The position numbers and the translations under genes are program-made. Of a stretch of 64,000 nucleotides of DNA, positions 10,141 through 19,429 are shown piece by piece (position 1 is the first letter of the stretch; the number at the start of each line of letters is the position of its first letter). The notes below the pieces were generated by a model, which saw nothing but the letters and a program-made list of their open reading frames with translations, was not told the DNA's origin and did no database searches. Source of the DNA: an uncultured Pirellulales bacterium. GTDB lineage: Bacteria; Planctomycetota; Phycisphaerae; Sedimentisphaerales; Anaerobacaceae. The stretch is from positions 3,252 through 67,251 of the forward strand of contig CAYTNN010000001.1 in the NCBI GenBank assembly GCA_964439135.1. Reading direction: 5' to 3'.

Positions 10141-10749
10141 TCACGTTTTCATAGCCGCGACGAGTTGGCGGGTTTGGGGGGATTGGTTCTGGTGGGCCTG
10201 TTTGAAGGCAGGGGTCTGGGCCTGGTTCTGCTTTTTGAATAGCTCGTTGCTGGCGATGATTTCGTGCAGGGCGTTCGATTTGCCTCTGGCGTCTTTTAAG
10301 AAGCGGACCGTTCGCGTGCCGTAGACTCCGCCCAGCAGGGCACAGATTCCAATGCCCATCTCCAGCATCGAATCGGCAACCTGCCACGGATCCGGCCGCT
10401 CGGTACTTTCCTGCAACGCCGTGCCGGCAAGCTGGAAGTTCGATTCGACGAGAATATCCTCGGCGGTCTCGGCCGGCGGAAACTGCTTCGGCAGCCCACA
10501 GTAAGAACTGAACGCCCGGCTCTGCACTTCTCCGAGCTGCGTCAGGGCTTGCAGGCTCGGTGATGTTTCTTCGGCCCTGGCCGTCTCGGCGGTAACAATT
10601 GCCGTGCGGTTATGCAGCCAGGCGTTCTGCTTCTGAGCTTCGCTCGGTGCAAACCGCAGGCTATCGCATCCTGCCAACAAAAGGCAAATACATGCAGAGA
10701 TGAAGACTACGGCTTTTGGCGACGTTGCTTTCTTACATTTTTCTTTCAT
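10141..10749 (-). CDS. hypothetical lipoprotein
   Basis: 202 aa with the lipobox LLAGC after a hydrophobic signal. Confidence 0.55.
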   Translation of the reverse strand: MKEKCKKATSPKAVVFISACICLLLAGCDSLRFAPSEAQKQNAWLHNRTAIVTAETARAEETSPSLQALTQLGEVQSRAFSSYCGLPKQFPPAETAEDILVESNFQLAGTALQESTERPDPWQVADSMLEMGIGICALLGGVYGTRTVRFLKDARGKSNALHEIIASNELFKKQNQAQTPAFKQAHQNQSPQTRQLVAAMKT

Positions 10750-10844
10750 CGTTTCTCTCCTTTGTTTCTGGTTGACCTTAATGGTTTTCCGCTATAATGC
10801 TGAGTACGAGACGTTGCGACTTATAAGACCAGAGAAAATATTCA

Positions 10845-11942
10845 ATGATGGACACAGCAAGAACCTTCAAACCGAAAACGATACTGTTGTGGCGGCAGGT
10901 GGCGGAGGATCCCGAAGCCCGGAGAATATTGAAATTGTTCCCATCGGCTCAGGTCCGGCTGATTGAGCGGCAACGTATGGCTTTTTCGCCGGATATGTCA
11001 CCGTCCCAGGCGCTGCTTGCCGGTAAGAGGACTCTGATGATCGGCCGGACGTCGTCTTTTGTGGGGCGTTTCGACGGCCGGCTCGGCCCGAACGTCCACT
11101 GCTGTCCCTATTACAAGCTCGTTCCGCTCTCAAATGGCTGCCCTTACTTCTGCACATATTGCTATCTGGCGTTTGTCTATCGCAACTACGCTCCATTTAT
11201 CAAAATCAACATCAATTACGACACAATGTTCAAGCAGATCCGAAAGGCTCTCGCCGGGACCAGCGGTAAAGTCAGCTTCAATATGGGCGAGATGCTTGAC
11301 AGCCTTGCGCTCGACCACATCACGAATCTAACGACGATGCTGGTCCCGTTTTTTGCCGGATTGTCACGCGGCTTTCTGATGCTGCTGACGAAAAGCGGCA
11401 ATACCGAGAACCTGCTTGCCGTCGAGGCTAACGAGAAGACTGTTGTATCCTGGAGCCTGAACAGCCGGCGTATGATCGAGCAGTATGAGCTGGGCACAGC
11501 AGTCCTTTCCGAGCGTATTGAGGCAGCCAGGAAATGCCAGCAGCACGGCTATCGAATCCGGATTCGTATCGATCCGGGCATTCTCCATCCGGACTGGCAG
11601 GCGGACTATGCCGACCTGGTTCATAAAACATTAACCATCGTAAAGCCTGAAAATATTACGCTCGGCATGCTGCGGCTGCTACCCGGCCATTACCGCCTGG
11701 CCGTCGGTGCGTATGGCAATCGTGCTCGAAAGCTTCTGGATAACAACTTTGTCAGAGGAGCCTCGGATCACAAGCTCCGCTATCAGCCGAAACAACGCAT
11801 CGAATTCTACACCCACCTAATCGATGTGATTCGCAGCTTCGACAAAGAAGTCTCTATCAGCCTGTGCAGAGAAACATCCGAAATCTGGAGCATCTTCAAA
11901 GACCGCTGCAAAGCAGGAAAATGCAATTGTGTGAACTGGTGA
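10845..11942 (+). CDS. radical SAM protein, spore-photoproduct-lyase (SplB)-like family
   Basis: CPYFCTYCYL is a CxxxCxxC cluster motif followed by YL, as in SPL-family enzymes. Size is 365 aa. Confidence 0.6.
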   Translation: MMDTARTFKPKTILLWRQVAEDPEARRILKLFPSAQVRLIERQRMAFSPDMSPSQALLAGKRTLMIGRTSSFVGRFDGRLGPNVHCCPYYKLVPLSNGCPYFCTYCYLAFVYRNYAPFIKININYDTMFKQIRKALAGTSGKVSFNMGEMLDSLALDHITNLTTMLVPFFAGLSRGFLMLLTKSGNTENLLAVEANEKTVVSWSLNSRRMIEQYELGTAVLSERIEAARKCQQHGYRIRIRIDPGILHPDWQADYADLVHKTLTIVKPENITLGMLRLLPGHYRLAVGAYGNRARKLLDNNFVRGASDHKLRYQPKQRIEFYTHLIDVIRSFDKEVSISLCRETSEIWSIFKDRCKAGKCNCVNW

Positions 11943-11945
11943 AAA

Positions 11946-12578
11946 TTACGCAGCGGAGATATGAGGAATCCTTCCTTTCTTAGCAGGCGGATATAAGCAG
12001 CAATAATACGAATAAGTATAAGTCTCGTTTGTATTTCTCTTGGGATAGACTTCTTGTGTGGACTCTTCTTTCTTCCGTGATATGCCGAGGGCTCTGCTTA
12101 TTTGTCTCATAATTGTTGGTTGGAACTTGTCCTGTAAGATCAGAATTCTTCCGTTACGACTGAAAAGACTCTCGACGTTTAATAGGCCGTTTACGAGATC
12201 CTTGAAGCTTGTATCTTCATTCAGGGGTGACACAACATAAGATAGTGTTGCAATATCATAAGAGCCCAGTTTGCCTTTTATCCTTCGAAGCTGATTCATG
12301 TTTTTGGGGAAAGCTTTTTCGAGTCTGAGTATATGACCGGGTGTGATCTGGCTATTTTGCCTTGTACAAATGCGAAAGTAATCGGTAAGCAATTGTTGGC
12401 CGGTGCCCAGACAGAAGCCGGAGATATCATTTAGAGTATAATCTACTATTACCTTGTTTCCTGACCTATATCCCTCTTCTCTGAGATGTTTCAGAACGCA
12501 GGCAAGCATGTCTGTGATTGCCAAAGAAGTCACTGCAGGGCCTGAACCAATATCGAGAATTCGTAAGTGTCTATCCAT
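11946..12578 (-). CDS. class I SAM-dependent methyltransferase domain (downstream part of a gene split by an in-frame TAA)
   Basis: LRILDIGSGPAVTSL is methyltransferase motif I (DxGxGxG-like). The ATG at 12578 lies 18 nt downstream of, and in frame with, the TAA that ends ORF 12597-12932. Confidence 0.55.
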   Translation of the reverse strand: MDRHLRILDIGSGPAVTSLAITDMLACVLKHLREEGYRSGNKVIVDYTLNDISGFCLGTGQQLLTDYFRICTRQNSQITPGHILRLEKAFPKNMNQLRRIKGKLGSYDIATLSYVVSPLNEDTSFKDLVNGLLNVESLFSRNGRILILQDKFQPTIMRQISRALGISRKKEESTQEVYPKRNTNETYTYSYYCCLYPPAKKGRIPHISAA

Positions 12579-12596
12579 GATAGTTTCAAGAAAGTC

Positions 12597-12932
12597 TTAA
12601 GAGATCATATAGTCCAACAGGCTGTTTTGGGTTTGAAGATAGTGCCTGACGAGAAATTTGACTAAGAAGGCTCTCATGCTTGCAGGGCTTTGCGGATAGC
12701 ATGTTTCATCTTCTGAGACTTTTTTGTTAGGCAAGCGGGATATATGATATCTCAAAACCGATTTCATAACATCGGTTAATTGCCATATCCCGTCCGGGCA
12801 AAGATCTTTTAACACAAGGTTCTTGAGTGTTTTGTTCATGAGAAATATTAACTCCGAAATTATGCCTTTGCTTTTTTTATGCAGTGACAGACGACATGTA
12901 TTTGGACTTTTTTCGAGCTTAAAAGGTGTCAT
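12597..12932 (-). CDS. upstream (N-terminal) part of the split methyltransferase-like gene
   Basis: 111-aa ORF in the same frame as 11946-12578. Overlaps the preceding phage ORF by 14 nt, placing it in the same operon. Confidence 0.45.
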   Translation of the reverse strand: MTPFKLEKSPNTCRLSLHKKSKGIISELIFLMNKTLKNLVLKDLCPDGIWQLTDVMKSVLRYHISRLPNKKVSEDETCYPQSPASMRAFLVKFLVRHYLQTQNSLLDYMIS

Positions 12933-13200
12933 CTGCTATGTTGGTTTTACTTCTCGACTTTTCAACTGCCTGCAGGCGGTATTCGTGAGAGATGCTTTTG
13001 GTCCAGAGCAATTCGAGTTTCCGCTCGATACTGTTTTGCGATTGCAGCAGCATACTCACATCTCTCTGCAATATATCGAGCTGTCGCTGCAGATTGAACC
13101 AACTGCCGACGATAAGCGACGCCAGCAGTACGAGCTGAACGATCACCGAGAGATTGATCTGCCGGTTTAATCGCCAACCTTTTGTATTTTTTGGAGTCAT
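12919..13200 (-). CDS. single-pass membrane / coiled-coil protein (holin- or spanin-like, speculative)
   Basis: 93 aa with one TM helix (INLSVIVQLVLLASLIVGSWF) followed by heptad-like QRQLDILQRDVSMLLQSQNSIERKLELL. It is the last gene of the structural operon. Confidence 0.45.
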   Translation of the reverse strand: MTPKNTKGWRLNRQINLSVIVQLVLLASLIVGSWFNLQRQLDILQRDVSMLLQSQNSIERKLELLWTKSISHEYRLQAVEKSRSKTNIADDTF

Positions 13201-13241
13201 AATTTACCCCGGTCTCGATAGCATGGGCCTTATAGTGTCAG

Positions 13242-13619
13242 TTAAGGTTTTACATGGAAGACGTTTTTGTCGCCGACTCTGGCCATCACGGCGTATGTCC
13301 CGGCGGGCAGGGCTCCGGTCTGGGTGAACGATTCGGCCAGGTTTATCGCCTTTGTCTGCTGGCCGATCTCGGCCGGCTCCGAGCCGGCGTCGTTTATTAC
13401 CACGGCCACGACGTTATAGACGTTGTAGGATGAGTTGCTCTTGACCTTCACGGCCCATGCAGCAGCTCGTGCTCCGGGAGAAGTGACAATAGCGGTCTCG
13501 CCGGTTCCTTGAGAACCGGCCCGGCACAGCCGATCCAGCACCTGTTGACGATTGATAGTGTTTGCCGCGTTGCTCATATACATCAGCTCCTTTGTCGAAC
13601 GATTTTCAAATTCGTGCAT
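13242..13619 (-). CDS. phage hypothetical protein
   Basis: 125-aa ORF overlapping the upstream tail-like gene by 37 nt. Ends in TAA. Confidence 0.5.
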   Translation of the reverse strand: MHEFENRSTKELMYMSNAANTINRQQVLDRLCRAGSQGTGETAIVTSPGARAAAWAVKVKSNSSYNVYNVVAVVINDAGSEPAEIGQQTKAINLAESFTQTGALPAGTYAVMARVGDKNVFHVKP

Positions 13620-15412
13620 TGCTTTTCAAAATCCATCTGCACTCTTACAATCCGGCTTATACTGCAGTTGTCGCTTCGGCAGGCTAAAAGGTCCCTGCTT
13701 TCGGGGCTTGTGCTCACAATGTCACCGAGGCGGTAATCGAGCATCAGGTTCGGTGTCTGGATATTGAAGGTCTCGATTACCTCGGACGATGTCACCGCCG
13801 TCCGACGAACAAATTCATACAAAGCGACTGAATCATCCGCCTCATCGGGCTTGCCGAACATTTGACTGGTTGCTTCGGTGAGGATGCTCTGGTCCGAGAC
13901 TTTGCGATACTTGAACTGCCTGGGCAGCGTTATGACATGCTCGACGACCGGAGCTGTTGAATTGACCGGACCATTGACGGCCACCGCGGTCAACCGCTCA
14001 TCGCTTACGACCGAAGCGGTGATTCGGAATCTCAGGGATCCTTGCAGTGCCGCGGCCCAGGTCTCCATATCGAGCCGGTCACTGCTGAGCCACACGCCGC
14101 ATTCGTCGAGCAAGATATTGAACGCATGAAGGTACTGCCACCAGCCCTGGCCGCCATTGTACGAGACCTGCAGAAAATAGCCGAGTGAATGTCCCTGAAC
14201 ATCGGTAGTCAGAGCCGGCCGGAAACGCCTTCGCCGATGAACGAAATTGCCGCTTTGGAAGATTTGTGAAAAGTCAAACACATCTGACTGATTGTAAGGA
14301 GGCCCACTGTATTGGCCCGCTTCGTTCAGGCACCATTTGCGATAGACGTCTTTGGTCATGCAGAAATTCGGATTTGTCGAGGGCGAGAAGTTGTCATAGT
14401 TGTTCTGTTCGAGGCCGGCGTCCCATGCCTTGATTAGCTCGAAGGTCGCTTCATAGATTTTGAAGTCGCCCTGGCCGATATATTTGTGCGTGATCGGCCA
14501 GAACTTTTTCCTGCTGTGCATCTGTGCGATATTGCTCTTCGAGATGCTGAGCTGCTGACCGGGCGGCTGACAATTCAGCTCAACGACTCTGCCTGTTCCG
14601 GCTCTGTAGAATACAATCGCCTGGTCCGGCCCGTTGGTTGCCAGTCGCGGGACGAACTTGAACTTCAGGCCTATCCGTTCGCAGCAGCGGTGCAGGGCCT
14701 CTGCGAGATTCAGTCCCGTGACATCAAGGTCTCGGACGATTTGATTTTCCGTCAGGGCTTGCAATCGACTGAAGCTCGGCGTTTTTAGTTGCCCTGCCGG
14801 CGTGTATTCGCAGAGCAGATAATCAATCACTTCGGCATAAGTCCAGAGCCTGACTTGCATGGATTCGCCGCAAAAGACTGTGTAACTCTTGCCGTCGAGA
14901 TCGATCGCTGTCTGATTGGCGTTACCTTTGCTGTCAGGATTAAATACTGTATCGAGACCGGCCAGGAATATGCTGGAACCGTCTGTTTTTGCAAGCCGCT
15001 GGCCATATACTGAAAGTCGCTTCAGATTCACGCTGAAGTCTCTGGCAATGATTTCCAGCTTCTCGCCACCGGTTGTTCGTTTTGTCTCGATGCTTTCTAT
15101 CTGCCCGTTGAAGATCGGCAGGCCAAAGACCGCTGAGCCGCACAAATCGGCATTATAATATTGCCGGATGCAGACTGTCTTTCCTGCTGCAAATTCATTT
15201 ACAAGATCTTCGGTGGCTTTTACATCGGCTCCGGTGTGTGCTGCAGGATTGTAGGCTAATTTAGCCAAGCCGAACTCCGGCCAGCCGCAGCGAATAATTT
15301 CAATCACTTCGAGAGTCGGACACAGTGTGCCGTCAATTAGGATAGAGACGTACGCAGCTGGTAGTGACAGTCGCGTTTCCTCTGATTGGAAAAAATCTAT
15401 TCTGTTGGACAT
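13583..15412 (-). CDS. phage tail/baseplate-like structural protein
   Basis: 609 aa, the largest protein of the virion operon, located distal to the capsid genes. No motif recognised, so the function is positional only. Confidence 0.5.
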   Translation of the reverse strand: MSNRIDFFQSEETRLSLPAAYVSILIDGTLCPTLEVIEIIRCGWPEFGLAKLAYNPAAHTGADVKATEDLVNEFAAGKTVCIRQYYNADLCGSAVFGLPIFNGQIESIETKRTTGGEKLEIIARDFSVNLKRLSVYGQRLAKTDGSSIFLAGLDTVFNPDSKGNANQTAIDLDGKSYTVFCGESMQVRLWTYAEVIDYLLCEYTPAGQLKTPSFSRLQALTENQIVRDLDVTGLNLAEALHRCCERIGLKFKFVPRLATNGPDQAIVFYRAGTGRVVELNCQPPGQQLSISKSNIAQMHSRKKFWPITHKYIGQGDFKIYEATFELIKAWDAGLEQNNYDNFSPSTNPNFCMTKDVYRKWCLNEAGQYSGPPYNQSDVFDFSQIFQSGNFVHRRRRFRPALTTDVQGHSLGYFLQVSYNGGQGWWQYLHAFNILLDECGVWLSSDRLDMETWAAALQGSLRFRITASVVSDERLTAVAVNGPVNSTAPVVEHVITLPRQFKYRKVSDQSILTEATSQMFGKPDEADDSVALYEFVRRTAVTSSEVIETFNIQTPNLMLDYRLGDIVSTSPESRDLLACRSDNCSISRIVRVQMDFEKQCTNLKIVRQRS

Positions 15413-15441
15413 AGCTCATTTCTCGTTTTTGAGTCAATGTG

Positions 15442-16959
15442 TTAAATCGTCTCAACCTGCAGTATATTGATCGCATCCGGTCCGGTACCGTTAAGTTCGA
15501 TGGCCATGTGGGCCGACGAACTGTTCTGGATGCCATCGGCATTTTCCGCCCTGATAGCGAACAGGTATCTGCCCGGTTCGAGCGGGTCACTTTCGTAGCT
15601 ATAAAACTTCTGGCCCTTGTAGCTAATCTCAGCCAGAGGATTTTCATGGTCGATTTGCCCGGTCCTGCTGTCATGATATATATTAAAACATGCCGACTGA
15701 GACTCTTGTTCGAGCGGGCAATAGAACCAGGTCAGCCGAACCTGATCGGCGCCCACTTGCTCGACCCTGGCAGCGAAAATTTTATTCGGCAGCGGCTTAT
15801 CCAGCTCGCCTTCGGCATCGAGTGATACCTTTGCCGCGGCAGCCAATGTAAGTTCCTGATAGCCGCAGTGATTGTATCGCCGAAAGACGTAGAAGTATGT
15901 CGAACTACTTGAGTGTAGAAGGTAATTGGGCGGTGAGATATCGCTGGCATTCTGTTCGGTGACAGTCAGGATGGTCGCAAAGTCTATCTGTTCCATGGCG
16001 CCGCCGCGATATAGCACCGAGCAGCCGGCAATGCGGGCCCAGAACCAACCAAGACCTAAGGTTGTTCCCAGCTTAAAAGCGTTGGCGGTCATTCCATTGA
16101 ACAGGGCGTCTCTGAGCCAATTCAGCTCGATGTGCGGCGTGCTGCCCATTGAGGTCAACGTCGCGAATCCCGCTGATGTTGCACTGACAGATCCAGCAAC
16201 GGAAACAGTCGCTTCGGAGGCATGGATCGACGCCGGGCTGATTGGCCTTGCGAACATTGCAAAAGGCTCGTGATAGAGCCATCTTACTTCTTCGGCACTC
16301 AACATACGATTGTAGATAAAGACGTACTCTATCTTGCCGTTCCAGCAGTAATAGTAATCGTCGTTTTCATAGGTCCCTCCGATACCCACGGGCTGAGAAT
16401 CGTTGATAAGGTTCAGATTGCCAGAGCTTGTAGATTCGCTGGCTTCCTGGACACCATTGACATATAGCTTGCCGTTGCCTGCACGCCAGATGCCTGCAAC
16501 GTGCACATATTCACTTCCATTTGTTGCATGAGAAGACGTTGAGTTGATGATACATTCTGTTCCGTCGGTATAAACCAGCCATTTGAACCTTCCACCGTTG
16601 TAGCCTGTAAGTTTGCAAGGTCTTACAAAAGCGCTGCGGGCGAAGATGGTATTTAGCTGGTTGGCACTTTGATTGACTGATGCTACGACACTTACTTCGT
16701 TGGTGGTGTCCAATCCAAATTTGTCGGTTCCGCAATCGATACATCGCTCGGTGCTGAATTCCAGGCATGAGCCGTGCTTAGCCGGTTTCCATGCCGGCGA
16801 GGCTGTGCTGTAATGGAAGCTGCCGTTATTGCGGCGGGGACCGCAATCGGCGACCATTTCGCCGGTCGCTTCGTTCATCAGCCAGCATCCCGCTAATCCC
16901 CTGGCGAGCGGATGGGTCCAGTTTATTTGTATCGCCCTGATTGGTTTAAACAGTGGCAT
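15442..16959 (-). CDS. phage tail fibre/receptor-binding-like protein with LamG/concanavalin-like domain
   Basis: 505 aa. The N-terminal segment (GLAGCWLMNEATGEMVADCG...NGSFHYS...HGSCLEFS...VHVAGIWRAGNGKLYVNGV) resembles the LamG-type lectin domains common in phage tail proteins. Confidence 0.55.
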   Translation of the reverse strand: MPLFKPIRAIQINWTHPLARGLAGCWLMNEATGEMVADCGPRRNNGSFHYSTASPAWKPAKHGSCLEFSTERCIDCGTDKFGLDTTNEVSVVASVNQSANQLNTIFARSAFVRPCKLTGYNGGRFKWLVYTDGTECIINSTSSHATNGSEYVHVAGIWRAGNGKLYVNGVQEASESTSSGNLNLINDSQPVGIGGTYENDDYYYCWNGKIEYVFIYNRMLSAEEVRWLYHEPFAMFARPISPASIHASEATVSVAGSVSATSAGFATLTSMGSTPHIELNWLRDALFNGMTANAFKLGTTLGLGWFWARIAGCSVLYRGGAMEQIDFATILTVTEQNASDISPPNYLLHSSSSTYFYVFRRYNHCGYQELTLAAAAKVSLDAEGELDKPLPNKIFAARVEQVGADQVRLTWFYCPLEQESQSACFNIYHDSRTGQIDHENPLAEISYKGQKFYSYESDPLEPGRYLFAIRAENADGIQNSSSAHMAIELNGTGPDAINILQVETI

Positions 16960-17281
16960 CTAATGTCACCCCGTAGAACTTGTAGGTAAAGTTGTATTTG
17001 TTGTTGTAGTCTACCTTGGTGTTTTGCCAGTCAGCTCGAATTGCATCGGCTATCTGGGCTTGTGTCTGGCCGGCGAGCACCACGATGCTTCGTGATACTT
17101 CAACCAGCGAGCCGGCAGCCAGGGCATCAATCTCGGCCTGCTGAAGCTGTGCCGCGATTGCGCTCTCCGGCGTCGGCACAATTCCGCCGACCGGCGTGTC
17201 GATGGGGATGTGATAGAACAGCTCGGCCTTGCCCTTGCCGGATTCGGTCCTATTGATCCTTCCTATGTGTATATCGGCCAT
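16946..17281 (-). CDS. phage structural-operon hypothetical protein
   Basis: 111-aa ORF whose end overlaps the next gene by 14 nt. Confidence 0.5.
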   Translation of the reverse strand: MADIHIGRINRTESGKGKAELFYHIPIDTPVGGIVPTPESAIAAQLQQAEIDALAAGSLVEVSRSIVVLAGQTQAQIADAIRADWQNTKVDYNNKYNFTYKFYGVTLDATV

Positions 17282-17291
17282 GTTTGCCTCC

Positions 17292-17699
17292 TTATGTTGA
17301 CTGATAGTTCCAGCACTGGACGTACGCTCTGACGTTGTGACTGTCGGTCGAACCGGTTTGCTGGATGCCGATCCTGAAATGTGCCAGGTCTCGAACGACG
17401 AAGCTCAACTGCTGCGGATCGACGCTTTTGTCGCCCTGCATTTCCCAGATTGGTGTGTCATCGTAATTTGAGCCGTCCAGTGATCCGTACAATTTGATCT
17501 TAACTTCATCCGTCGGTGTCGCATCGTAGTCGATTTCCACAGTGACGTGAGTGCCTTCGTAGCCGTTGGTTTCCATATCAATGTCGGACGAATAAGATTC
17601 CGTCGTGCCGGACAGCGTGACGTAGCCGTCGCCCGTCCCGATTATCTGAGACTGCGAGGCCCAGTTTCTGTTTATTGTTGCCATTCTAAACTCCTGCAA
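17292..17699 (-). CDS. phage structural-operon hypothetical protein
   Basis: 135-aa ORF with 10-nt spacing to its neighbours. Confidence 0.5.
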   Translation of the reverse strand: MQEFRMATINRNWASQSQIIGTGDGYVTLSGTTESYSSDIDMETNGYEGTHVTVEIDYDATPTDEVKIKLYGSLDGSNYDDTPIWEMQGDKSVDPQQLSFVVRDLAHFRIGIQQTGSTDSHNVRAYVQCWNYQST

Positions 17700-17709
17700 T
17701 TAGCACTGG

Positions 17710-18105
17710 TTAATCTAAGCTTATATCCAGGTCACCCGCTTCGAATCTGGCTGTATCCGAATCGCCGATCGTTTTGGACTGACTCAATATTCCGTGAGCC
17801 AGCATGTTGCCTGCCGTTGCTGCGTCGAACAAAGCGAAGTGAGTTATCGTTCCCCAGCTCCCGGTTGCTTGGTTGAAGGTGATGTAACTGGCATTGTCCA
17901 GAGAACCGTTCGACGCGGTGTTCCAGTCGGAAGCGGATGTTTGCACCCGTGCGTAGGCGTTGCCGCTCGGCTCGACTAATCCTGAACCGTCATCGGTCGG
18001 ATCTGCGGTCGAGAGTCCTACGTAGATTGTCGGCGGCGTATAACTGCCTTTGCAAAAAATGTGATCCAGAATCTTGTTTTCCCAATAATCTGAAAAGCCG
18101 CCCAT
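17710..18105 (-). CDS. phage structural-operon hypothetical protein
   Basis: 131-aa ORF. The N-terminal YWENKILDHIF...IYVGLSTADPTDDG pattern recalls a recurrent small phage virion protein family, but I cannot name it. Confidence 0.5.
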   Translation of the reverse strand: MGGFSDYWENKILDHIFCKGSYTPPTIYVGLSTADPTDDGSGLVEPSGNAYARVQTSASDWNTASNGSLDNASYITFNQATGSWGTITHFALFDAATAGNMLAHGILSQSKTIGDSDTARFEAGDLDISLD

Positions 18106-18133
18106 ATCAAGTCTCCTGAGTTCTCAAGTGTTA

Positions 18134-18589
18134 TTAACCTGGTGTTCTTGTGATCGCCTCGGCAGCGTCCGTCGGCGTATGGGTCAAAAGGACCGTCTGC
18201 CCATCGTCATCGTAGTATTTGATTTCACCGCTGGATTTGTTCTGGATGGCTTTGTTGGCCAGCAATTTGTCAGCGGTCACTGCACCCGTCCCTGACCATA
18301 CGATTTCATCGCTTCCCACAAGTGTGTCACCATTTGCAGGATTCGCCCCGGCCTGCAGAAAAATCTGAACAGAATATCTGCCGGCCTGTATATTCGTGTC
18401 AAAGCTGCCGACGTACCGGCTGCCGCTCTTGTCCGTCAGGCTGATGTCGTAATCGTCTGCGGTACGGCCGCCCGTCCCCCATGCCTCGAAGGCCTGCCCA
18501 GCGATGTACCATACGTTACCGGCGGCGTTACGAACAACGGCGTACAGTGTACTGCCTGATGCGTAGTTTATATGAATTTCGTTTGCCAT
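18134..18589 (-). CDS. phage structural-operon hypothetical protein
   Basis: 151-aa ORF, tightly packed in the operon. Confidence 0.5.
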   Translation of the reverse strand: MANEIHINYASGSTLYAVVRNAAGNVWYIAGQAFEAWGTGGRTADDYDISLTDKSGSRYVGSFDTNIQAGRYSVQIFLQAGANPANGDTLVGSDEIVWSGTGAVTADKLLANKAIQNKSSGEIKYYDDDGQTVLLTHTPTDAAEAITRTPG

Positions 18590-18616
18590 ATCTGATTCCT
18601 CCGCTGCGGATGCTTT

Positions 18617-19405
18617 TTATGCTTCTTCGCTCCAGGTTCCGTTTTTGGCGATGGTGGCCCAGTTGCCGGCCGATTCAGCGATAATCGTTAATGATGCCCC
18701 GATTGTGCCGGCTGATTTGTATTTGTCCGCTGTCTGGCCTGAGTCGTCACGAATTGCCGCCGTGCCCGGATCGATACGTAACTGCTGGGCTGCCTGCACG
18801 GCGAAACTAAACACCGTTCCCGGAGATGCCGAGGCGGGCAGGGTCAGCGTCACCGTCGCAGAAGCGCCAAGGTTTGTGTGCACGCTGCCTGATTCGGCCG
18901 CCGTCAGTGTGTCGTCGGCAGTATGGGCCTCGATGGTTTTCTTTATCCCGCCGGCCCCGTAAGGCATTGCGATGTTGTGCCCGGCCCGGCAGTCGGTGAT
19001 CGAGTCGATGTCACCGCCTGAGGTGCTGACCTGGGCCAGGCGAATGTGAGGTGTCGCTGCCATATCGGGGAAGCTGCTGTATTCATCAGTGACGAGTGTT
19101 CCGGACGAATCCAGGTAGATGTAAATATTTGCTTTATCGTCGGCCAGCGTATTACCCGTCGAGCCCGCGTAGCTGATCAGTACGGTGCCGAGCCAGAACT
19201 TGCCGAGCTTGACTCCCACGTCCAGGTCGCCTTCATCGTAGACTCTCAGGTCGTTCGCACGCCGGGCCGTCAGCAGTAATCGGTACAGCAGCTTTCTAAA
19301 GTGCAGGTAATATGGCGCCGTCCCGGTCGGGATATACTCGACACCGGTCTCGCTGTCGGACTGCATGTTGAGCAGCTCATTGTCGGATGGATAAACTTCA
19401 GCCAT
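18617..19405 (-). CDS. phage structural-operon hypothetical protein
   Basis: 262-aa ORF, tightly packed in the operon. Confidence 0.5.
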   Translation of the reverse strand: MAEVYPSDNELLNMQSDSETGVEYIPTGTAPYYLHFRKLLYRLLLTARRANDLRVYDEGDLDVGVKLGKFWLGTVLISYAGSTGNTLADDKANIYIYLDSSGTLVTDEYSSFPDMAATPHIRLAQVSTSGGDIDSITDCRAGHNIAMPYGAGGIKKTIEAHTADDTLTAAESGSVHTNLGASATVTLTLPASASPGTVFSFAVQAAQQLRIDPGTAAIRDDSGQTADKYKSAGTIGASLTIIAESAGNWATIAKNGTWSEEA

Positions 19406-19429
19406 AACTTTCTCCTTATTCTTTGGAAA

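Noticed and set aside
12597-12599. TAA stop-codon reassignment in the phage
   Set aside because: There is only one internal TAA, and other genes of the same operon (stops at 13242-13244 and 20246-20248) terminate with TAA at sensible positions.
15442-16959. Possible diversity-generating retroelement targeting the tail-fibre-like gene
   Set aside because: No reverse-transcriptase ORF and no template-repeat copy of the 3' end of the gene could be found in the window.
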